This document shows positions 49,044-58,347 of a stretch of 64,000 nt of DNA, in pieces. The stretch spans positions 4,096,001-4,160,000 of the forward strand of contig OZ243956.1 in assembly GCA_965214405.1 (NCBI GenBank), read 5' to 3'. Made by a program: the position numbers and the translations under genes. The notes under the pieces were generated by a model. It made no database searches and had not been told where the DNA came from. It saw nothing but the letters and a program-made list of their open reading frames with translations. Every line of letters begins with the position of its first letter. The first letter of the stretch is position 1. The stretch is from Trueperaceae bacterium (GTDB taxonomy: Bacteria > Deinococcota > Deinococci > Deinococcales > Trueperaceae).

Positions 49044-51458
49044 TCAGTTCCATTCACGCTTGAGCCGTTCGACCTGAGCCTTGCTCAAGGGAACTCGAGG
49101 GTCCCCGGGTGGCAAGGTCGAGAGCGCCGCCGTCCAGAGTTCGAGGTCGTCTTTGAGCGTACGGGCAAGCTCAAAAAGCACCTCGGGGTCGCCTGCGTGG
49201 AGCGCAACCTGCCGGACGCGTTCTTCTAAAAATTCTCTGACAAAACGGACCCCCGGCGCGTCGCTTTCGTAAAGGAGCGGGCCGCGGTAGAGCTCTAGCG
49301 CGTCTCTTAGCGTGCCGGGCGTGAGCAGGCGCTCGCAGTCGGTTACGTCAAGGGTGTAGGGCAGCGTGATGCGGTAGGGCGGGTCGCTGATGGGGACGAG
49401 CTGCCTCAAGCGCGACACGGCGCTCCGCAACGCCACAGCGCCCGTGGCCTCGTCGTTATAGAGTTTGGCGTGGAGTTCTTCTAAACTCGTTCCGCCGGGC
49501 TCGAGCGCCAACAGCACGAGGAGTTCCAAGTTTCTTAGCGACAGCTCCAAAGGCTTGCCCTCGAGCCACACCTCGTGCGCGCCCAACACGCGAATTTGCA
49601 GGGGAACCTCGCGGCCCAGCACCCCCGCCCACACGTTTGAAAAAGCAGTTTCAGGACCCGAAAGAAGTTTGAGCCCCGCCAGAGGAAGCGGCGCGAGAAG
49701 GTCACGCACCGCGTTTAGCCTCTCGCGCCCCGGCTCCACTTTGAGAAGGTAAAGCGCGGCACCCGCGCGGCGGTCGGCGGAAAAAGACGCTTCATTGAGG
49801 ACCGGCTGCAGGTTTTCCCGCGCCTTTTCGGGGTGCGTGTAAGCCTGCGCCATGCCGAGCGCCAGGCGCGAATGGAGCGCGTAACTCGGCGCTTCGCCCT
49901 CGGTTAAAAAGATGGCGCGCTTCGCTTCGTGTAAGGCCTCGGTGACCCGGCCCTGCTCGAGCAGCACCCGCACCAAAGGGACGGTAAACCTGCCTAGGTA
50001 GCGCCGCGGGCTCCTCCAAAGATTGTCGGACGTGAGCCGTTCCGCCTCGGCGAGGTCACCTCTTACAAGTTCAAAGTTCGCCAACGTTGAGCGGAACAAA
50101 ACCGCCAGGTCTAAGCCGGTGTGGTCGAGGGCGCTGTTCGCTTCGCGTAAAGGCGCGCCCAAGCCGACGCTCTGACCGATAAGAAGCCGGGCGTAGGCCC
50201 AGGTGTTGAGGAGCCGCAAACGTCTGTCACCGTCTTTGAGTCCCTGCGCGTCAGAAAACCTCAAGGCCCACTCAGCCCACGACGCGGCCTCCCCAAAACG
50301 TCCCGCGTGAATGAGCCTTTCGGCGAGCCCGCCCGCGTTTCGCACAACATCATAGGGACGACCGTGGCGTTCGGCCAGCCGCACGCTCTCGCGCAAGATG
50401 GTCACGCCCGCGTCCGGGTTGGTGTGGAGCCGCCCGAGTTGAAAGAGCGTCAGGGGCGTCTGCTTGGCCTTGGCGGCCCGCTGCGCCTCCGCGAACCGTT
50501 CTTGCGGATTAGTCATCACGCCCGAGTAACGCGCGCGCAGTTCGGGCGCTTCAAAGCGGCGCAAGAACGTTTGGATGATGGGGAGGAGCGGGGCGTGATC
50601 TCCCTGACTCACCGCCGCGACCAAACGCCAGCTCAGCACCTCTTCAGAGTTTTGGTCGTCTAGACTCTCGAGCAGCAGCCGCAACCGCCCCAGCAGCCCC
50701 TCCTCCTGGTAGGCCGGACCGGCGTCTCTTAACACCTCGGGCACCCGGTCGGGCAGGCTCATGACGGCCAAGTCGAGCGCCTCGACGGCGCGGCCCAGGC
50801 GCAAAAGCGTCTCGAGCAGCACCTCGGGCGAGACCAGCACCTCGTCGCCGGGCGCGGTGAACGCGCCCCGCGGGCTCGGGACAAAGGGCGGCGCGTCGCC
50901 CCGGAGCCGCGCCAAGCCGCCGACAAAGTCTAAATAAACCCCGTCGGAAGACCTGAAAACGACGTTTCCTTCCGCGTCACTTAGCCGACCCGCCAAAAGC
51001 GCTCGAGCCTCTTCAGAGCGGAGCCTAAGCGTGTCTCGGTCTAAGCGCAGCGCGCCCCCCGGCGACCCGAAGCCCTCGCCGCCAAGAAGCACCTTGACCC
51101 GGTCCGACTGCAAGCCCAGCAGCGCCTCCGCAAAGAGCGGGTTAAAGTCGGCGTGAGAGCAGGCGATAAGCAGGGGGCCGAGCGTGGGAAGCTGATGTTT
51201 AAGCACCTCGACCGCGTAGCCGAAGGGCAACGCCTTGGGCAGAAGCGTCGCCCCCAGCGCCCGGTTGACGCTCGCCGCCAAGGTGTTGCCCAGCGCCACA
51301 AAGTCGCTCGCGTCGGCGGGCTGGAGCTCGAGCCACACGAGCGTGTGACGTTCTGAGAGCGCCTCCAAGACGAAAGGCAGCCCGTACGCGTCGCCGCCCT
51401 CGACCACAACGGGTCCCGGATGCGCCTCAACCAGCCCGATGATTCGTGCGAGCCACAT
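49044..51458 (-). CDS. Large transcriptional regulator: degenerate MalT-like N-terminus, helical repeats, C-terminal SARP-type wHTH/BTAD
   Basis: C-terminal IRVLG...V.LEG, ELLVLLAL, LRSAVSRLR and ALELYRGPLL motifs. TAAACT lies 6 nt before the ATG. Confidence 0.75.
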   Translation of the reverse strand: MWLARIIGLVEAHPGPVVVEGGDAYGLPFVLEALSERHTLVWLELQPADASDFVALGNTLAASVNRALGATLLPKALPFGYAVEVLKHQLPTLGPLLIACSHADFNPLFAEALLGLQSDRVKVLLGGEGFGSPGGALRLDRDTLRLRSEEARALLAGRLSDAEGNVVFRSSDGVYLDFVGGLARLRGDAPPFVPSPRGAFTAPGDEVLVSPEVLLETLLRLGRAVEALDLAVMSLPDRVPEVLRDAGPAYQEEGLLGRLRLLLESLDDQNSEEVLSWRLVAAVSQGDHAPLLPIIQTFLRRFEAPELRARYSGVMTNPQERFAEAQRAAKAKQTPLTLFQLGRLHTNPDAGVTILRESVRLAERHGRPYDVVRNAGGLAERLIHAGRFGEAASWAEWALRFSDAQGLKDGDRRLRLLNTWAYARLLIGQSVGLGAPLREANSALDHTGLDLAVLFRSTLANFELVRGDLAEAERLTSDNLWRSPRRYLGRFTVPLVRVLLEQGRVTEALHEAKRAIFLTEGEAPSYALHSRLALGMAQAYTHPEKARENLQPVLNEASFSADRRAGAALYLLKVEPGRERLNAVRDLLAPLPLAGLKLLSGPETAFSNVWAGVLGREVPLQIRVLGAHEVWLEGKPLELSLRNLELLVLLALEPGGTSLEELHAKLYNDEATGAVALRSAVSRLRQLVPISDPPYRITLPYTLDVTDCERLLTPGTLRDALELYRGPLLYESDAPGVRFVREFLEERVRQVALHAGDPEVLFELARTLKDDLELWTAALSTLPPGDPRVPLSKAQVERLKREWN

Positions 51459-51496
51459 GATTTCAGTTTACATCACTATTTACGTAACGTTTCACT

Positions 51497-51575
51497 GCGG
51501 TGTTCTTGCGGATTGCTTCGAACTGAGTCTGGTCAGCGTGCAAGGTGGACGCGCCACCCTGAAAATCGGGCCAAC
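51497..51575 (+). ncRNA. Candidate cation-sensing riboswitch-like leader (resembles the nhaA-I motif)
   Basis: GGTG-hairpin...CTGGTC...CAAGG...TCGGGCC begins 6 nt after a TAACGT -10-like box and lies upstream of a cation:proton antiporter. The resemblance was judged from memory of the consensus. Confidence 0.4.
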
Positions 51576-51636
51576 GTGACCGTACCCGCTCCTAAAGCGA
51601 CGGAACCCACGTTTTTCACGTGCTAAAGTTTTTTTG

Positions 51637-53961
51637 ATGTTTATAAATGAGACGAATTTCGAGCAAGCACCCGCGACACCCCGTCAACGCGCTTCCCCCC
51701 TTTTTGGCTTCTTGACCCCTTTTCCGGCTGTTTTCCCAGCCCGTAACCCCAAGTACATAAGGGAGAGAACAGTGTGCTCGAGCGCAAACACAACGCAAAA
51801 GCCGCGGAGGCCAAACGTCCAACATCACATTTGCAGTGAAATTTGCAGTGAAATTTACAGTGAACGGCAGATTCAAGAAGGCGTCAAAATCAGAAAAAAT
51901 AGAGCGCCAGGTCGGGAGAGAACGCGCCGCACCGTTTTGGGTGTCTTCTTCTTGGCCCTACTCAGTGTTGCCTGGGCCGCCGGAGACGCGCCCGCCTACT
52001 TTTCAGAAGTCGCCATCCTCATCGTGGCGAGCGCGCTCATCGCCTACGGCTGCTTTCGCTTGGGGCTCGTGCCCATCGTCGGTTTTCTCGTGGCGGGCGT
52101 GCTGCTTAACCTCACGGGGCTCGTGACCGACATGGAGCTTATCGACGCGGTGGCGGAAATTGGCGTGATCTTGCTCCTTTTCACCATCGGCATCGAGTTT
52201 AGCTTGGACAACCTTATGCGCATTCAGCGGCTCATTTTTGTGGGCGGCGGCTTGCAGGTGGGTGTAACCATCGCGCTGGTCACGGGGCTGGGGCTTCTTT
52301 TCGGCGTGGACGCGCGCGCGGCGGTCTTTACGGGAATGCTCCTCGCGCTCTCGTCCACGGCGATTGTGCTCAAACTCCTCGCCAACCGCGGGGAGACGAA
52401 TGAGCCGCCGGGGCGGGTGTCGCTGGGCATTCTTATTTTCCAGGATTTGGCGGTCGTGGCGATGGTGATTCTTGTACCCATCCTGAGCGGCGCGGGCGCG
52501 TCTTTGGGCGACGTCGTCATCTCTTTGGGGAGCGCGGCGCTCATTATCGCCGCCATTCTCGTTCTCGCGCGGCGGGTGATGCCCAAGGTGCTGGAGGCTC
52601 TGGCGCGCACCTGTTCGCAAGAGATTTTTTTGTTGGGCGTCATCGCCATTTGTTTTGGCACCGCCTACTTGACCGGGCTGGCGGGGGTGAGCTTGTCGCT
52701 CGGCGCGTTTTTGGCGGGGCTTTTGGTGAGCGAGAGCCGCTTCGGCTCGCAGGCCTTGGGCGAGATTTTGCCCCTGCAAATCCTCTTTAGCGCGGCCTTT
52801 TTCGTGTCCATCGGTTTGCTCTTGGACGTGGGCTTTTTGCTGCAAAACCTTCTCCTTGTGCTCCTCGTCGTCGCGGGCGTGCTCGTGCTCAAGGCGGCTA
52901 TTACGACGCTCAGCGCTCGAGCCCTCGGCTACCCCTTAGGCACCGCGCTCGCCGCCGGGCTCATCCTCGCGCAGGTGGGCGAGTTTTCGTTTGTCTTAGA
53001 GCGCGCCGGGCGCGAGGTTGGGCTCTTCCCGGCGGGCTTGGCCGAAACGGGCGGGCAAACGTTCATCGCCGCGACGGTGCTGCTGATGGGCGTGACGCCC
53101 TTTTTGGCGGGCTTGGGTAGCACCTTAGGGCGGCGGTTGGGAACGCGTGAGGCCCCCGTCCCCGCTCAGCAAGAGAGAGAAACCTCACCCCAGCATGACC
53201 TAAACGACCACGTCATCATCGCGGGCTACGGCGCGGGCGGCAAAAAACTCGCCCACGCGCTAAAGCGTGAAAAAGTGCCCTTTCTGATCGTGACGTTAAG
53301 CCCCACCGGGGCGGCGGAGGCGGAAAAGGACGGTTTGGGGGCGATGCGCGGCGACTACGCGACGCGCTTTATCTTGGAGGAGGCGGGCGTGTTAAACGCC
53401 CGGATGCTCGCCATTTTGGACGACGCGCCCGAGCACGCGGCGCGCGTGGTTGGGCTTGTGCGGGGCGTGAGGGCGGACCTGCCCATTCTGGCCCGCACCC
53501 AGGTTTACCCGGACGCGCTCGAGCTCAAACGCGCGGGCGCGACGGTGGTCACCTCCGAAGAGGTCGAGAGCGTGGTGCCGCTCCTCAGCGCGGTGCTGGA
53601 CGCTTACGGTACGAGGCGAGGCAGCGAGGCCGCCCGCGCGCTCCTCTTAGAGGTCCTCCCCAACGTGAGTGCGGAAACGCTCGAGCTTAGGGCCGAAGAG
53701 CGCCGCTCGGACGCCTGCACCCACCAAGAACAAACCAAGGTCGTCACCCCCGAGGCCGACGTGTGTTTAGAATGCGTCGCGCTGGGCGACACCTGGGTCC
53801 ACCTGCGTGTTTGCATGACCTGCGGCCACGTGGGCTGCTGCGACTCGTCCAAAAACAAGCACGCCAGCGCGCACTTCGACAAGGTCGAGCATCCCATCAT
53901 CAAATCGTTGGAAAAGGGCGAAGCCTGGAGCTACTGCTACGTGGACAAAGCGACGCTCTAG
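51637..53961 (+). CDS. CPA2/KefC-type cation:proton antiporter with TrkA-N (RCK) domain and C-terminal UBP-type zinc finger. The true start may be near 51889
   Basis: Motifs AEIGVILLLFTIGIEFS, SSTAIV.K, GILIFQD and HVIIAGYG; tail CTH..CLEC..WVHLRVCMTCGHVGCCDSS.NKHA..H. Confidence 0.9.
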   Translation: MFINETNFEQAPATPRQRASPLFGFLTPFPAVFPARNPKYIRERTVCSSANTTQKPRRPNVQHHICSEICSEIYSERQIQEGVKIRKNRAPGRERTRRTVLGVFFLALLSVAWAAGDAPAYFSEVAILIVASALIAYGCFRLGLVPIVGFLVAGVLLNLTGLVTDMELIDAVAEIGVILLLFTIGIEFSLDNLMRIQRLIFVGGGLQVGVTIALVTGLGLLFGVDARAAVFTGMLLALSSTAIVLKLLANRGETNEPPGRVSLGILIFQDLAVVAMVILVPILSGAGASLGDVVISLGSAALIIAAILVLARRVMPKVLEALARTCSQEIFLLGVIAICFGTAYLTGLAGVSLSLGAFLAGLLVSESRFGSQALGEILPLQILFSAAFFVSIGLLLDVGFLLQNLLLVLLVVAGVLVLKAAITTLSARALGYPLGTALAAGLILAQVGEFSFVLERAGREVGLFPAGLAETGGQTFIAATVLLMGVTPFLAGLGSTLGRRLGTREAPVPAQQERETSPQHDLNDHVIIAGYGAGGKKLAHALKREKVPFLIVTLSPTGAAEAEKDGLGAMRGDYATRFILEEAGVLNARMLAILDDAPEHAARVVGLVRGVRADLPILARTQVYPDALELKRAGATVVTSEEVESVVPLLSAVLDAYGTRRGSEAARALLLEVLPNVSAETLELRAEERRSDACTHQEQTKVVTPEADVCLECVALGDTWVHLRVCMTCGHVGCCDSSKNKHASAHFDKVEHPIIKSLEKGEAWSYCYVDKATL

Positions 53962-53966
53962 CTTTT

Positions 53967-54560
53967 GTGCTCACCGTTCTCGTCATCGCCGCCGACCCGC
54001 TTATAAGAGCCGGGCTCGCGGCGCTCCTAGGCGCGCATGACGTTACCGTGGTGGCGGAACTCGAGCCCGAGGACGACGTAACGGCCTTTGTTGATGCGTC
54101 GCTCGACGCGGTGGTGTGGGAAGGCAGCGAGACGCCACCCCGCCTGCTCGTCCCGCTATTGGCTCTCATAACCGAAGGCGAGGAGGTTAGCGGCGCGTTG
54201 GAGGCCGGAGCGGCGGGCGTCCTCCTCAGAACCGCCGAGGGCGAGAAGATGGTGGCGGCGCTCCAGGCGGTGGTGGCGGGGTTAGTGGCGCTCGAGCCCG
54301 CCCTTACCGAGTTTTTGGGAGCCGAGAGTCATCAAGGAGGTGCGCCCTTTGGCGACCTCATCGACAATCTCACGCCGCGCGAGGCGCAGGTGCTGGGGCT
54401 GCTTTCCGAGGGCTTGTCCAACAAGGGGATTGCGAAGAGGCTCGAGATTAGCGAACACACCGTCAAATTTCACGTAAACGCGCTCTTGAGCAAATTCGGC
54501 GCGCGCACCCGCACGGAGGTGGTGGCGCGGGCGGTGGGGTCGGGGCTGGTGACGCTGTGA
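53967..54560 (+). CDS. NarL/LuxR family regulator with an atypical receiver domain
   Basis: LuxR HTH LTPREAQVLGLLSEGLSNKGIA..L.ISEHTVKFHV. The receiver reads VIAAD and AVVWE at the acidic positions. Confidence 0.87.
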   Translation: MLTVLVIAADPLIRAGLAALLGAHDVTVVAELEPEDDVTAFVDASLDAVVWEGSETPPRLLVPLLALITEGEEVSGALEAGAAGVLLRTAEGEKMVAALQAVVAGLVALEPALTEFLGAESHQGGAPFGDLIDNLTPREAQVLGLLSEGLSNKGIAKRLEISEHTVKFHVNALLSKFGARTRTEVVARAVGSGLVTL

Positions 54561-54574
54561 GCTTGCTTACAAAC

Positions 54575-57500
54575 TCAACTCTGCTGTTGACCCACGCGTT
54601 TCCACCAGCCGATGAGTTCCCGGTTTTCCGCCACGTTCAGGTATGAGCGCCGCAGCGCGGGGTCGGTGATGCGGGCGGCTCGAGCCTCGGTCACCCCACA
54701 AGCGCTCTCCAAAAGAGCCGGGGCGCGGGCGTCACCGTGCGCCAAAAGAACGCGGTAGAGGGTCAGGTAGATACGCCCCGGTTCGTCCGCTCCCTCTAAG
54801 CCGCGCCCCTCCAAAAACTGTACGACGGGTTCGGCAATCTCAAAAGCTTGTGCGCTTTCCCCTCGAGCCAACAAAGCCTCGGCCAACCCCGCTCGCGTTT
54901 GCGCGCCCATCGCCTTGTCCTCCAGGGTCTGCCAGCCGTCTTTGGCGCGCGCGAAGGCGTCCTGCGCCTCTTGCGGCCGTCCCCTTTCCAAAAAAACATA
55001 GCCCAGATGCAGATGAGTCCAGCTCAAAGGCTCGGGCAAGGCGAGGGCTTCGGCCACCCCTAGCGCCTCCCGCCCCGCGGCTTCGGCCTCATTCAAACGT
55101 CCCAACTTGCGGTAAGCGGCGCACAGGTGGTGTAGCGCGTGATTTTCCTGGACGCGGTAGCCTATCTCCCGGCTGAGCTTCAGCGAGCGTTCGTGCAGCG
55201 GCAGCGCGTGTTCAACCCTCCCCAACGCCTGCTCGATGCGTCCGAACAGGTCGACGATCGACGCTTCGTAAAACGTAAAGCCCGTTTCATGGGAAAGCTC
55301 GAGCGCCCTCTCTACCGTTTCACGGCTCACCCCGTAGTCACCCCGCTGAAACTGACAGAAGCTGAGGTACAAAAGCGCGGCTTGTTCTAAAGAACGGTTG
55401 CCGACGCGCCGGAGGATAAGGAGCGCCTCTTGTAAACACCTTTCAAACGCGCCCAAGTCACCCCTGATGTCGTGAACGAAGCCGATGTTGATGAGCAGGT
55501 CCGCTTCGACCGACGCGTGTCCACCCGCTCGAGCGCTTTCTAACCCCGCCTCTAAAAGCTCAGCCGCCGCTTCGGGACCCTCCAGGCGAAGACTGCTATG
55601 TCCCCAGGCCAAGTAAGCTTTCGCCTCGACGTAGCTCGCGCCCACCTCTTGGGCCAGACGAACGGCTTCCTGCGCCGTTTTGATGGAGGGCTCGAGCTTG
55701 CCCTGGACCCGCTGACAGCGGCAGAGTTCCATCAGGGCTCGAGCGCGAAAACGCTTGGCCTCACTACTTTCCGAGCCCTCAAAGCGCCGCGCCGCTTTAG
55801 AAAAGACCTCTTCTCCTTCGGCGTCGAGACCCATGAGCGTGTACATGTGTTCGAACGCGCTCACGCTTTGCTCTAAGCCGCTCAAGCGCCCCCGTTCCAC
55901 GGCCCAGCCCCAAGCCCGGCGCAGGTTGTCCAAGTCGGGTTGAAGTTTGCGTACCGCCTCTTTGGGAGCCTCGCCCTGCAGCGCACCATCACGCTTCACA
56001 AGCGCGTCTAAATAGTAGTCGCTATGTTGGGTCCGCATCGCCGTCTCGTTTTGGGCCGCCAACTTTTCTTCAGCAAACTGCCGGAGAAGTTCGTGTACGC
56101 TGTAGCGTCCCGCACCCGAACTCCGTACCAGCGTTTTATAACGCAAACGGGTGAGGCTCAAGGGCGTCGCCCCGGCCACCTCGGCGGCGGCGCGTGCGCT
56201 AAAGCCGCCGCGAAAAACCGACAAGCGCGCGAAAACCGCCCGCTCTTTCTCGGTGAGCAGGTCCCAGGAACGTTCGAACACCGCCCGAAAACTGCGCTGA
56301 TGGGGCGGGGCGTCTCGCAAGTCGGTCGCCAGAAAATCGAGGTCGCCCTCCACGGCGTCACCTATCTCGCCGAGGCTCATGGTTCCAATCCAGGTCACCG
56401 CCAGCTCGATGGCGAGGGGCAAGCCCTCGACCGACCGGCAGATGCGCGTGACCTCCGGCAGGGTGTCACGGTTCAGCCGGAAACCCTTGTCGAGCCGCTT
56501 GGCCCGGTCCAAAAAGAGGCGCACCGAGGCGCAGCCGCTCGCCTCCGCCGGGTTTCCGTCGGCGCCGCCCGTGGGCACGGGCAAACCGCGCAGACGGTAG
56601 AGGTCCTCGGCCTGCACGTTGAGGCGTTCGCGCGAGGTCACGAGCAGCGCGACTTTGGGGGCGCGCTGTAAAAGCTCGAGCACCCACGCCACCCCCTCCA
56701 TAAGGTGCTCGAAGTTGTCGAGCACCAGGAGCATCTTTTTATCTTCCAAAGCCCTGAGCACCTGTTCGCGCGGCCCCTCCCGCGGCGCGCCCAAGGTCAG
56801 CTCCAACGCCTGCGCGACAGCCGTGGGCAAGGCCTCGGCGGACCCCACACCGACAAGCGGGACAAAGAAAACCCCGTCGGAAAAGCTTATGAGCTGTTCT
56901 CGGGCCGCCTCGAGCGCCAGCCGCGTTTTACCGATGCCGCCCGGACCCACCAGCGAAAGCAGGCGGTAACCGGGGTCGCCTAAACGCGCCGCCAAGTCCC
57001 CCAATTCCGTTTCGCGCCCAATAAAAGGCGTGAGGTGAAGGGGCAGGTTGTGAGGCGGCGTTTCTGCCTTACGACCCTCTGCTTTGGGGAAGTCCGCGAC
57101 AGCCTCACCCTCTCGGATGCGCGCTGCCAGAGCGGTTGTCGCCGCCGTGGGCTCCACACCCAGCTCTTCGGCCAAAAGCGTGCGGCACGTTTCGAACTGC
57201 GCCAGGGCCGCGCTGCGCTCTCCCTGGAGCGCCAGCGCCCGGACGAGTTGCCGGTGCGCCTCTTCGCGCCACGGCTCTAAAGCGAGCTGCCGCCGCGCAT
57301 AAAACTGCGCCCTGGCGAAGTCTTCGCGCGCCCCAAACACCGCTGCGAGTGCGAACATCAGTTCCAGAGCCCGCTGCCGGAACCTTTCCCTTTCGACCAA
57401 GAGCCACTCCTCAAAGGGTTCGCTGTCCCGAACCGACACACCCTCGAGCAGGTCGCCGCGAAAAAGTTCGGCGGCCGCCTCGAGCCGCGCCACGCAGTCG

Positions 57501-57889
57501 GGACACGCGGCCAAGTCGGGGTGAGCGTGCGCCTCGACCTCTCCTAAAAGGTTCGAAAAAGCGCGCGTATCGAGAAAAACCTCCGGCGAAAGGTCCAACT
57601 GAAGCGTTTGCCGCGCGGCTTTGAGGAGCGGCTTCTCGTCATCCCCTTCTTTTAGGGCGCGCTTTAGGCGCGACAGGGTCTGGCGCAAGTTGGCCTTCCC
57701 TGCGCGTTCGGACTTGTCCGGCCAGAAGAGCGCCGCCAGCGCCTCGCGCCGGTGGGGTCGGTCGGCCTCCAAAGCAAGAAACGCCAACAAGGCCCTCGCT
57801 TTGTCCGACCTGAAAGACGTGAGCGCTACGTCGTCACGACTCGCGTGGAAGGTGCCGAGAAATTTAAGAGAGAGTGGGGACATCGTCAT
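54575..57889 (-). CDS. STAND-class regulator: SARP wHTH + BTAD + NB-ARC-like ATPase + TPRs
   Basis: Motifs LKFLG, ALLAFLALE, LEPWREEAHR, HNLP..TPFIGRE, GPGGIGKTRL, LLVLDNFEH and EGLPLAIEL, followed by a TPR tail. Confidence 0.92.
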   Translation of the reverse strand: MTMSPLSLKFLGTFHASRDDVALTSFRSDKARALLAFLALEADRPHRREALAALFWPDKSERAGKANLRQTLSRLKRALKEGDDEKPLLKAARQTLQLDLSPEVFLDTRAFSNLLGEVEAHAHPDLAACPDCVARLEAAAELFRGDLLEGVSVRDSEPFEEWLLVERERFRQRALELMFALAAVFGAREDFARAQFYARRQLALEPWREEAHRQLVRALALQGERSAALAQFETCRTLLAEELGVEPTAATTALAARIREGEAVADFPKAEGRKAETPPHNLPLHLTPFIGRETELGDLAARLGDPGYRLLSLVGPGGIGKTRLALEAAREQLISFSDGVFFVPLVGVGSAEALPTAVAQALELTLGAPREGPREQVLRALEDKKMLLVLDNFEHLMEGVAWVLELLQRAPKVALLVTSRERLNVQAEDLYRLRGLPVPTGGADGNPAEASGCASVRLFLDRAKRLDKGFRLNRDTLPEVTRICRSVEGLPLAIELAVTWIGTMSLGEIGDAVEGDLDFLATDLRDAPPHQRSFRAVFERSWDLLTEKERAVFARLSVFRGGFSARAAAEVAGATPLSLTRLRYKTLVRSSGAGRYSVHELLRQFAEEKLAAQNETAMRTQHSDYYLDALVKRDGALQGEAPKEAVRKLQPDLDNLRRAWGWAVERGRLSGLEQSVSAFEHMYTLMGLDAEGEEVFSKAARRFEGSESSEAKRFRARALMELCRCQRVQGKLEPSIKTAQEAVRLAQEVGASYVEAKAYLAWGHSSLRLEGPEAAAELLEAGLESARAGGHASVEADLLINIGFVHDIRGDLGAFERCLQEALLILRRVGNRSLEQAALLYLSFCQFQRGDYGVSRETVERALELSHETGFTFYEASIVDLFGRIEQALGRVEHALPLHERSLKLSREIGYRVQENHALHHLCAAYRKLGRLNEAEAAGREALGVAEALALPEPLSWTHLHLGYVFLERGRPQEAQDAFARAKDGWQTLEDKAMGAQTRAGLAEALLARGESAQAFEIAEPVVQFLEGRGLEGADEPGRIYLTLYRVLLAHGDARAPALLESACGVTEARAARITDPALRRSYLNVAENRELIGWWKRVGQQQS

Positions 57890-57991
57890 CTCGACCTTCT
57901 GTCTGAGAGTCTACAAACCGGCCTATCCAAGGCGGGACACTGGCTCAAAAATCTTTTCCGTTTCCGGCATTATAACCGCCACAACTGCAAG

Positions 57992-58025
57992 TGGTCACGT
58001 TTTGGTCACGCGCGTCCTCTAAAGT
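57992..58025 (+). promoter_or_regulatory. SARP-type direct repeat plus -10 box of a leaderless transcript
   Basis: TGGTCACG at 57992 and 58003 (11-bp period), 9 nt, TAAAGT at 58020, 7 nt, ATG at 58033. Confidence 0.7.
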
Positions 58026-58032
58026 CGTCCTC

Positions 58033-58254
58033 ATGAAGCGTACAAGCAGCGCCGCCCCCGAACGCTACCGCGCTTTTTTGGTGCGCATGTGGCGCATTGA
58101 AACCGGCGAGGCGTGGCGGGTGTCCGTGGAGGGCGTTGGAGACGACCAGCGCCGCGGGTTCCCGGATTTGGACGCGGCTTTTACCTTTCTGCAACATCAG
58201 CTTTCTGCCACCCCAAAAGGAGGTGAGGAGGACGCACCGGACGAAACGACCTGA
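58033..58254 (+). CDS. Small hypothetical protein (73 aa)
   Basis: Sequence YRAFLVRMWR...WRVSVE...RRGFPDLDAAFTFL with a leaderless start geometry. Confidence 0.7.
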   Translation: MKRTSSAAPERYRAFLVRMWRIETGEAWRVSVEGVGDDQRRGFPDLDAAFTFLQHQLSATPKGGEEDAPDETT

Positions 58255-58347
58255 CGCGGCAACGAGGGCGACGCACTGCGTAATACACACTGCGTGGGAC
58301 ACGCTGCCCGACACGCCTTTTACTAATTTTACCGACGGAGGTTAACC

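Noticed and set aside
53763..53966. N-terminal extension of the LuxR regulator
   Set aside because: It overlaps the antiporter zinc-finger coding region; the receiver-like sequence begins at GTG 53967.
54575..57889. Avs-type antiphage STAND defence protein
   Set aside because: The N-terminus is a SARP DNA-binding/BTAD module rather than a nuclease or other effector, and a matching promoter box is adjacent.
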